From the NCBI GenBank assembly GCA_977030845.1, contig OZ365114.1, forward strand, positions 14,260,001-14,324,000: a stretch of DNA of 64,000 nt. The letters run 5' to 3'. This DNA is from Fimbriosthenelais zetlandica. Its lineage: Eukaryota. Under the pieces are notes generated by a model, which was not told the origin of the DNA, searched no databases, and worked only from the letters and a program-made list of their open reading frames with translations. Shown in pieces: positions 11,468-20,850 of this stretch (position 1 is its first letter; every line of letters starts with the position of its first letter). The translations under genes and the position numbers were made by a program.

Positions 11468-14400
11468 TGCTATGGCTGAACAGGTGTATAACAAATTCTT
11501 ATACAAGAGGGGCAGTGACAGTATAGCACCGTTGGAAAAGAATTCACTCAGTGTCAGTGGGTTCTTATCCACCCATGGACGAGTCTTGGGCAAAATCGAC
11601 GCACAGAAATGATAATTAGGAGTTAAAGGGGTTCCTTTTCTAGGTCGTACATCTATAGGCCTACAGGCGAATGCGTAAGCGGTTGTCATACAGCAGGATC
11701 CCGTCTCAAAACGAAAATTAGCCATAAACATAAAATTCTCCTTTTGAAACGGATGAAACAAATTTTGAGACACAAATGAAACCCACAACTTTTCCAGATA
11801 TAATGGATCATATTTCAATCTCTTTTTATTATACATGAGGCAATGGGATTTAAATTGGCAAAATGATGACCATAGTAAATGACTATTCAATCTACATGAC
11901 TGTACAATGATTTTTCTCTTATCGATTTCTTCTATGATTATTTGGATTACAAAACTAGTCACAATTACGGTATCCTTTTGGGAAGGCTTTCGCAGGGAGT
12001 GACTTAAACAATCACTTCAAGAGATGATGTGCCATATGAACGTATCTACTATCTCCTGTAGGGTACATACAATGCATCATTAAATTAGCTGCTATAAGCT
12101 TGGAGACAATTTTAACTATTAAACCAAAATTCCACCAGAAATGAAACTGTTAATCATAACATTCATTCCCTCTATTTCTGAAAAACGAAAGGAAATGCAA
12201 CCAAATTGAACACGAAGACAAATACTTGGCATTTCAATTTTACAACTTCACCGTAGCATTAAATGAGCTATAATTCTTTTTTTAATTTTCACATTCTCAA
12301 GTGCAGAGCGTATATCTAATTTAAACTATTTCTTTCTATCGAGATCATACACTTTTATCAAGTGGTTTTGGTGAGACATCCTTAATCATGAACATATTAT
12401 ATGCTTCAAAAATTAAATATATATAAGTCTACCAGGACACTGTCTCAAAGAAGTTAGCCAAGTTTGAATTGATGTTAGTTGGAAAAGAAGTTAATACTAA
12501 CATCTGAATTTGTGCTTTTTGATTTGAGCAAGAGCGGCCTGATGAAAAATGAGCCAAGATGTTGACTTGTCAACGATCACATTCTCTAAGGCAGAATGAG
12601 AGCATCATTCCTTAACTTCCTCTAGAATCTATCAGTGTAGGAATAAAAGGCCAAGTCAGTTACCTATTATACTTGGACAAACTTATGACGCATCTCCATA
12701 AGATTGAGCTTCAAGGAGGAGATGGACGCGCCTAGATATATCATTATTGTGCATTTTTAAGTTCGATATGTGGATTTTTGTTCAAAATAGATGGTTCTTT
12801 CCCATGAGTAGGTCTAACATCTCAATTTTACCCCGTTCAAATTTGAATTTAAGCCTAGTCTTAATTGGATTATATAATATTGAAATATTTCCCGATTATA
12901 TAATATACTTGTGAGTTCAGTCATAGATAGACTGTAGTTGTTACGCGGTATGGCGTATCTTATATAAAAAGATCATGTCCAAAACATATTTTAAATCCAT
13001 ACAGAAAGTTTGAAATATAGAATATAGCAATCTAATGATATGACCATGTTGAAATAATGTTTCAGCCTTTACCATTCTGTTGGCATTTTCTCCCTGAAAG
13101 AATATTATATTTGATTAACCAGCCGATGTAGAATTCCATAATGGGTATTTCCTCTAGCTAAAATGTAACAGTAGAGCTATTTTCAAGCGGTACACCGATT
13201 GAGAAAATACAGCTGTTATACCTATAGCGTTTCTATAATATTAAGTTGATTATATGTATAAATTATATACATATATATAAAATGACACATATTCTGTACA
13301 AAATAATCTAAGCTAGAAACTCGATAGACAAATTCATCAAGCTGCAAAGCGGCACTCAGAAAAAAGTGAAGTAAGATCAAAAGTAGGGATTCATAATTAC
13401 AATTTCCTTCCTTCAGAGTTTGACTCCTGAAGACTTTCGACAGATAAATCCATGTCAAAACTAAAAGTAAATTTAAAGATGGGTGGATTCAAGGTGCCTC
13501 GCGGCCTGGTTATATATGTGTCCATGGGCATGGGGTGTTGTACATGTGTATGTATGAGAGAGTTGGTCAAAATACTGACCGTCTGTACAAGCAAGCTGAC
13601 CCACACTTGGCTAGTCACATAAGTTACTGGGTGAACACTGCTTGATCAAGACATGGGCAAATCCACTACTATAATGCAGAAAATATTTGGGGCGGATACC
13701 ACTAGGATCGGGTGCTACTCTACGGCAATACTGCTACGGGATGAACTAGAAAAATATCTCTTATACAGCAAACAGGCACGCGTGTTCACACTCCAATTTA
13801 AAGCTTTGGATCTCAGCAGCTGACAAAAATAATTCATAGCATCCTATACACCTACTAAAAGAGTGTGACTGGACACAGTGAAAAAACACAAACCCATCTG
13901 ATTGCGTAATAGCATAGATTAGTTTACATCAAATTGAGCATTAGATCTAACTTCTAATTTCTCACAATGAATGAAACAATGAAACAATTAAAACTATGTC
14001 TCCAATTAAATAAGGGATGTTAGCAGAACACAATTAAAGCGAAAGTGGAATTGCTTTGGTTTGTGATCTAGATATTTGAATTATTGAAATTAATTATTGA
14101 ATTTATTAAATTTAAGAATATGTGCCTATTGCAATTAGTGAAATCAATATAGATCAATGAAAACAATCTGAATTGGTCCGAGATACTAATGTCGCCTATA
14201 AATTTTTGCCACAATAATCAGGTCTCTGTACGTCTCTATATCAGAATATTTAGAAATGTTATGGCAATACCATTACCACATCATGTCTGAGTTAAACAAT
14301 TCCTTAGATTTCCTTCAATTTAAGAAGAACTGATTTTGTTACTTGGAGTCTTGTGACATAACCTCTCTTCTACAAGAAATTATCAAGTGCACACCAATCT

Positions 14401-15565
14401 CAACGAAGTTACTAAAGCATTTCAAATTCAAATTCCCATAACATGGGCGAAATTGATAATAAATAACTACATTACGATTCTTCAAGATCAACTCTTTCAA
14501 GAGGACATATTAAACTACATTCAATCTTACAAAAGAGTAATCAAGATCCATAAATTGTATGCAATAAAATACTAGAATCTATCATAATACTAATGAATAA
14601 CTAAGTTTTATCATCCGAGTAAAACCATCAGCTGCCTTATTCTTTTAAAATCATTTTCTACGATCAAGCACTCTTGGTCTAACTTCAATTCTCGCACCTC
14701 ACTCTTGAAAATAGCAAATATACCCGATACGATGCGCAGATATCAGACCATAGTGTTTTATACAGGACAGGTTTTTTTTCTTACATCAAAATAGCTCAAG
14801 TTGATTTTACAAGTTATACGACATAAACTACTGTTATACTCTATTACAACACAAGGTCCACACAGGTCTTAGGGCACGCACTGAGACAGCAGTTAAGATA
14901 TCTTTAAAGACAGGATATTTACCGAGGACAGAAATACAATGTCGTGTACTTTGCAATATTGGATCACTTACTCAAAATAACTTGTTTTATGCCAAACTTT
15001 GCTAAATGTATTTCCTAAATGATCTTGTCTTAAGAGATATTTTAAGAACTATCTTACACCTTTAAGATCTATGTAAGACCTTTGATACCTCTTGAAGCAT
15101 ACACAATGTTCCATCTTCAGTGTATATGCAGGACACCATATAATGGGGGAATACTTGGCTAACGATTCCCCATATGACAAGACCTTGTCCACTTGCTCAA
15201 TACTCGTTCTGTGTGGTATGATTTTATACAATCTTAGTGCGGTAGAAAAATAACTAACAATTCTTTTGTCTACGATGGAAGAAATGGTCCTTTCTCTATG
15301 GAGTTCAAGAGAAAGACCAATGGAAATGGTAGTGTGTGTGGGTGGGTGCATATATGATCCTTCCGCAAGATGGGGCCCTTTGGTTCTTTGTGGCGATACA
15401 TGTGTAAGTTAGACTTGATGGAAGGGGGTGGGCTCTATACAAAAATAGGCAGAGCCTGTGGCCTTCCTCTACATGATACCTGATTTGTACTTGATTAGTT
15501 TTTGGGGAGGGAGATGGGGGTAAGATGCTTGTATAATGAATAATGGACAAGGTTTGTGGTGCATC

Positions 15566-16374
15566 TCATAAGTCTGTTGTAATATGAATTTTCCGTTCAG
15601 TCATTCGCTCCCTGTCTCTGGAGCCTGAACTGATCTCTTGGTACACATGTTCCCTACGTTGCCAAAAGTTGGAGTCAACATGGTGGTCACTAATGTGAAC
15701 CATGCCATGTGGATTGTTCACTGACATAATCTCTGACTCCACAATCTCCGTGGCCACACCAGGAGAAGTGACTCTCATACGAGTCATACTTTCAGTACAG
15801 ACACGTTCATAGTTCGGGTCAAACTCCATGGTGGTGGTGGTAGGAAGAACCACCTCAGGGAACTGGTTATCTATAATGTCATCATAGTTTGGGTCTGGTA
15901 TTTGTACGTCACTAGGTATGGTTTGGTAATGTGGGTCCCTGCTGTCATCTTCCTCCAGCTGACTAACATTGTGACTGAGTGGGGAGGTGACAGCAGCAGT
16001 GCTGGGTCCTGGGTTGTTGTTCATGGGTTGTTGTCGGACTTTAGGCCGGGCTCCCATTCCCAGGTAGGACGCGGCAGATCCTGGGAAGACCTGGGTGAAG
16101 TGCTGGGGTCGGCGCGGTTTGTTCACCTGGGCGTACATCTGGTCGCCGGCGCTGCCGTTGGGTAGGATGGGGCCGTTTTCGTTGACGTCGGTAGGGACGC
16201 AGACTGTGTTACGGTTCCGCCGGCCCTTGTCAACCACAGCGTAGACCGGCTGGCTGCCATCGCCCTCCTCACCCGGACTCATCGTACGAGGCGTACTCGA
16301 CAATGTAGAATACGCACTCTGAGGACGCGTCCTCCTAATAATGGAATAACCGGGGTCCGGGATGTCCTCCTCAT
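15566..16374 (-). CDS. Adaptor terminal coding exon 7 (809 nt incl. stop), 9 tyrosines, ends KIHITTDL
   Basis: Acceptor attgcctttcag; matches ORF 15566..16399; phase 1 start. Confidence 0.92.
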
Positions 16375-19300
16375 CTGAAAGGCAATAGATTATAACCACT
16401 CAAGTCATGTAGTCTGAATAGATTATAACCACTCAAGTCATGTAGTCTGAATAGATTATAACCACTCAAGTCATGTCGTCTGAATATATTATAACCACTC
16501 AAGTCATCTAGTGTGAATAATTTTAACCACTCAATTAATCTTGTCTGAATAGTTTTAACCACTCAAGTCATCTTTTCTGAATAGTTTTTTACCACTCAAG
16601 TCATCTAGAAAAACGTTGAAGTAAAACTTACTTTTAGGAATGGAGAGTTGTTTGAGGATGTCTACCGGGGGCGGGGTGGGGGCAGGGACCTCCCTGATGT
16701 TACTCACATCACCCACTTTGGCATACATTGAACTCCGCGTGGAATTCTCTCCAGAACCCGAGGCAATCTCAGCATATAGATCAGAGGTGAGACTGTTACG
16801 ATCCGAGGTGAGGGAGCCGAGACCCTGATTAGCTGGTGACTACAAGAGCAATGAAATAATTAAATTAGAGCAATAAAGGTAGACCCAAAGACCCAAAGAA
16901 AAGTAGCAAAGAAAAGTACCATAACTTTTAGACACGTGTTCAGAATGCATTACATTTCAGGGATTACCCAAAGACCAATCTGGGAAATCGCTGAATCATG
17001 CAGGAAAAGGCAATTGTAATGGGAACCATTCAATGACTCAAACGGCAAAATATCTAGATCATGACCTTAACAATTCAACTTTCACTTTCGTTTTTGAGGT
17101 ACAGTGCACCCTCGCTATACCGCCACCTTTGGTACCTAGCCAAAAGTGGCGGTATAGCGAGGGTGGCGGTATAGCGAAATGGCAAATCTCTTACGTAATA
17201 CATTGTACATGTATGCATGTTAGTAGGCCTACATGTATAATAATTTAAAGTAAAATATATTAACTCGCATAGCCTTTAATTTGTAAATTGAAAAGAATGA
17301 TCTTTCCAAATGTAGAATATGCGTCTAAATCTAAAAAATAGAGAAAATAGTACCAATATTAAACCTTGGAGATGTGGTTTTAGGAAATTGGGGCTCATCA
17401 ATTAAACAATTTAAAGCAAGTTCCTGAATGATATGGTTTCAAATATTGTTTAAATATTGTTTCAAATCTCTACATATCTATCGTTAACAGAACTGAGTTT
17501 AATATAATTATGGTGAATGACCAAAGCATGTTTTTAAACAAAATGATATTTCTTTAATTCCTAAATTCTTTGAATTCTTATTTGTTTGATTTTGTGTAAA
17601 TTTGTATGGAGAATTAGAGCGCCAAAATGAATGAATATTGGATTATTCCTAGCTAGTTTTAAAATACTATTTGTAGAATTAGAATAACATAAAACATTTG
17701 TCATCATTTTAATCATTAGTGATTATGTCTTAGTAACTCATGGCTATAATTATCTGGTGATCTTTAACTGCCGTCTAAAAATGATATCAAGTGAGGCTTG
17801 TCTCGATTAATGAAAGGGTGTTGGTACAGAGACGCCGCCACATGTTTGTTTAGCAATAGCCCGCCCCTTAATCTCTTAGCTTGTTGTAACAAGCCAGGTG
17901 GAAAATCGTCACCAGTGGCGGTATAACGAGGTGAGGAGGACTTTTCGTCCCCCAAATAACATGGCGGATGGCGGAAAGCGAGGGTGGCGCTTTATCGAGG
18001 GAAATAACATGGGCGGAAATCCGTTCTGGGTAAAAGCATGGCGGTAAGCGAGGGTGGCGTTATATCGAGGGGCGGTATAGCGAGGGTGCACTGTATTGCT
18101 ATAAACCACAGGACCTAAACTTTGCTATCAATCATTTGATCTTAAAAATAATGCGTGGGTTCCAAGGGCAATGTCTTGCGTTCAATGTAATCAGCTCAAA
18201 GTTAAGATTTAGTTGGGAAACTTACAGTTATTTGGTCATAGTTCACTGACTCATACGTGGCATCGTGAGGCAGCGGTTGTTTTAAAGCAAGTTCTGCAGC
18301 TTGTCGTTGTCGGAGGTTGGCAAGAGATTCCCTGGCTGTCACGCTGGAGTAGGGCGGTTCACGCTTACCTGAATCAGTCAACAGTTCACATCACAATACA
18401 GAACACACGGGCAGATATACATTTTTTCATCAATTTTCTTCAATGTTTTTCAGTTTAATTACAACAGAGCTTCACTGGTTCCAAGTTTTTTTCAGGCCGT
18501 TATTTCAGGTGACCAAAACATCAAACCTGTAGAAATGGTAGCCCTACCAAGAACAATATGGCCCCTAAATAGAGCCCTTACCTTCATCCCACAAGACTGC
18601 ATATCGCAATGCTTATCACACCTGACCACTTAACCCGTTACTAACTTATGAATGAACCTTATATGGATATACATTACCTGTGGGTTCTGGTCCGTCCATG
18701 ACATCATCCAGCACTTGGTCGTCCTCACTACCACCCCCCACCATGACATCAGTGAGTGGGTGGCCGCCGCTCGCCTCCTCCCCTGAGCTACTCGTCCTGT
18801 TACGGGGAGGTAAACTAGGACTACTGGCTGTCTGTGGAGACTGATTCCCCCCTCCCCCTCCTCCTTCCCCAGCTCCCCCTCCCCCACCACCCCCTCCTAT
18901 AGCACCAGGAGCAGTGAGGGTTGAGCTAGTCTCAGAGTAAGTAAAATGTTTATCAGGCACTGGGGGTGGCGGTATAGAAGCGTAGCTGTCATTTAGTGTG
19001 TCCGTACTGGCACTAGACTGTAGCTCCTGTAACCTTTGTAAAGTCGTCAGTTTTCTGGGGTTTGTCTTGTTCTTTTCCTCAATATGAGCATAGTCGGCGT
19101 TACCAATGCCTTCCACAGTGGCGTACGGGTTAGAGTTCTTCAAAGCGGGGTAGCCGGTGTCACTGGTGTCGTCTTTGACACCGGCGTATGTGGAGTCACT
19201 ACCGGTGTCACCGACCTTCTCGTAGAGGTTGGGGGTGTGGTGGGTGACAGCAGTGACAGTGTTGATGGGGGGTGGACTGACAGCGTCGTCAGGGGTGTGT

Positions 19301-20483
19301 TGGTGTCGTCCCCGGCCTCGGATGATGTCGTAATGACCCTCGTCATCATCCTCGTCGTCTGTTTGCATCACGCCTCGTGAGTCACCTGGTATCTCAGGTA
19401 ACGCTCGCTGATCATGGCTCCTGGAATATTAGGAAAGTATCGGTATGAGTAAAACGGACCAGAAAAGATGTGATTGACATCATTTAGTTTTAGAATACCG
19501 AGACCGTAGCTTTCAGAAATATGGAGAATTAATATCAAAACACTGTACGACATATGATTAAGATTATATATATATCTAATGTTTATTTTTTATGAGAATA
19601 AGTAAGACAGTCTTCATCACAGGGGCATAAGTTGTACCAATGGAATGTTGAGAATCATCAACGAACATTTTTTAAAAGGGAAAACATACTTAGGTCGTCC
19701 ATTGTCAGGACCATCCTTGACTAAGACGGCCGAGCCGTTGCTGTGACGACTGTCTCGCTGAGTAACGGTCACTTTTATTTCTGTCTCCTCAACTGGGCCG
19801 TTAACCTAGAACAGGAAATTACTGGCATTTATATGACTGTCCAAGGAGAAAAATGACATGATGATAAATGGAAAATGGATGATAAAATGGTGGTTTCTCA
19901 GTTAACTCACCGAATTAGTGTTCACATGAGACTTTCTGTCCACCACTGGCGTAACTTCCTTTAACATAGGTTCACCTCTCTCCCTGCAACAAAAGATTCT
20001 CTTAGTAAGAATATTGGTGATATCATAATAAATGTCTAGTCTTGGCATTTATAAAATACATTTAATTTTGTAATATGAAAATCTGATATTGTGATAGAAA
20101 GTAGAGAGACTTTCAATGTGTTAACATTTAGCCTACAGCTTGTCTGTTCAGTTTGCGTCATTGGCGCCCTCTCGGGTGAACTCCTCACACTACCACTACA
20201 TTCTCTATTCTAGATATCCCTGTTAGCAGCCAGTTAGCAGCACTGGGTGGAGGATAGCAATAGCAAATGTTAGAGATCGAAATCTGAGGATGGGGTATTG
20301 TACTCACGATTTGCCCGTCTCACGACATAGACACATGGCCATGAGGATGACCATGGAGATGATAGAGAGTAGAGAACAGACGATGACCGGTGTACCGGTA
20401 CCTGACCAGTCCGCCTGGGCTGACTGACCATCACCAGCCACCAGCCGGTGTAGCAGCGCCTGGTCATTGTCCAGATGCATCAT
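15566..20483 (-). CDS. PAG1/Cbp-like single-pass transmembrane adaptor protein; 7 coding exons, 2268 nt, 755 aa
   Basis: Exons 20483-20308, 19983-19911, 19805-19690, 19420-18678, 18368-18226, 16839-16632 and 16374-15566 all have GT-AG boundaries and matching phases (2,0,2,1,0,1) with no internal stop. TM + [32 protein letters not shown] and C-terminal TTDL parallel human PAG1 motifs (recalled, no search run). The gene model is high confidence; orthology is moderate. Confidence 0.88.
16386..16605. repeat. 33-bp minisatellite (~6-7 copies) abutting the last acceptor of the adaptor gene
   Basis: Unit tagattataaccactcaagtcatgtagtctgaa; explains the periodic ORF 16371..16562. Confidence 0.9.
16632..16839 (-). 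CDS. Adaptor coding exon 6 (208 nt)
   Basis: Acceptor ttgctcttgtag, donor GTAAGT; phase 0 to 1; [69 protein letters not shown]. Confidence 0.87.
17102..18093. mobile_element. Non-autonomous Tc1/mariner (pogo/Tigger-type) MITE, 992 bp, in intron 5 of the adaptor gene
   Basis: Perfect TIR cagtgcaccctcgctataccgcc / ggcggtatagcgagggtgcactg, TA target duplication at 17100-17101 and 18094-18095, internal ggcggtatagcgag repeats, no transposase ORF. Confidence 0.9.
18226..18368 (-). CDS. Adaptor coding exon 5 (143 nt)
   Basis: Acceptor tgactgattcag, donor GTAAGT; phase 1 to 0, which bridges exon 4 to exon 6; [47 protein letters not shown]. Confidence 0.85.
18678..19420 (-). CDS. Adaptor coding exon 4 (743 nt): RxLPxxP, 8 tyrosines, PPPPVPDK, poly-Gly, PSLPPR
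   Basis: Acceptor cctaatattccag, donor GTAATG; covers most of ORF 18646..19371; phase 2 to 1. Confidence 0.9.
19690..19805 (-). CDS. Adaptor coding exon 3 (116 nt)
   Basis: Acceptor cctgttctag, donor GTATGT; phase 0 to 2; [38 protein letters not shown]. Confidence 0.8.
19911..19983 (-). CDS. Adaptor coding exon 2 (73 nt)
   Basis: Acceptor cttttgttgcag, donor GTGAGT; phase 2 to 0; [24 protein letters not shown]. Confidence 0.8.
20308..20483 (-). CDS. Adaptor coding exon 1: start codon, short ectodomain, TM helix, CxC palmitoylation motif
   Basis: Acceptor gtgtcttttcag ends at 20500 (exon starts 20499) with an in-frame TGA upstream of ATG 20483. Translation [58 protein letters not shown]; donor GTGAGT at 20307. 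Confidence 0.85.
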
Positions 20484-20671
20484 GACGCGTACAGTTCATC
20501 TGAAAAGACACAAGTGAATAATTGGTCAAAAAGTGTGACAATGAGTAAGATAAAAACAGGGGGAAAGAATCAGTCAAAAGGTGTGACAAGGCAAGGCCCA
20601 AATGTCATGGTCAAACAAGGGGAATTCATGAAGGTTAGGCCTATATGTGGGAAAGGATCAGCCAAAATGGT

Positions 20672-20850
20672 CAAATGAGAGGAAGAATCAGTCAAGACCA
20701 AATGAGAGGAAGAATCAGTCAAGACCAAATGAGGGGAAGAATCAGTCAAGATCAGATGAGGGGAAGAATCAGTCAAGATCAGATGGGGGTAAGAATCAGT
20801 CAATGTCAAATCAAGGGAAGAATCAGTCAAGAAGGTCCGATGAGGGGAAA
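20672..20850. repeat. 27-bp minisatellite (~6-7 copies)
   Basis: Unit atgaggggaagaatcagtcaagatcag; explains the periodic ORFs at 20570-20904. Confidence 0.9.

Noticed and set aside
11426-11962. 178-aa minus-strand ORF as a gene or transposase
   Set aside because: Non-ATG start, runs into the tRNA-like copy and has no recognisable motif; cannot be supported without a search.
15902-16165. Plus-strand ORF (also 19084..19380 and 16640..16828)
   Set aside because: Antisense shadows of the adaptor coding exons.
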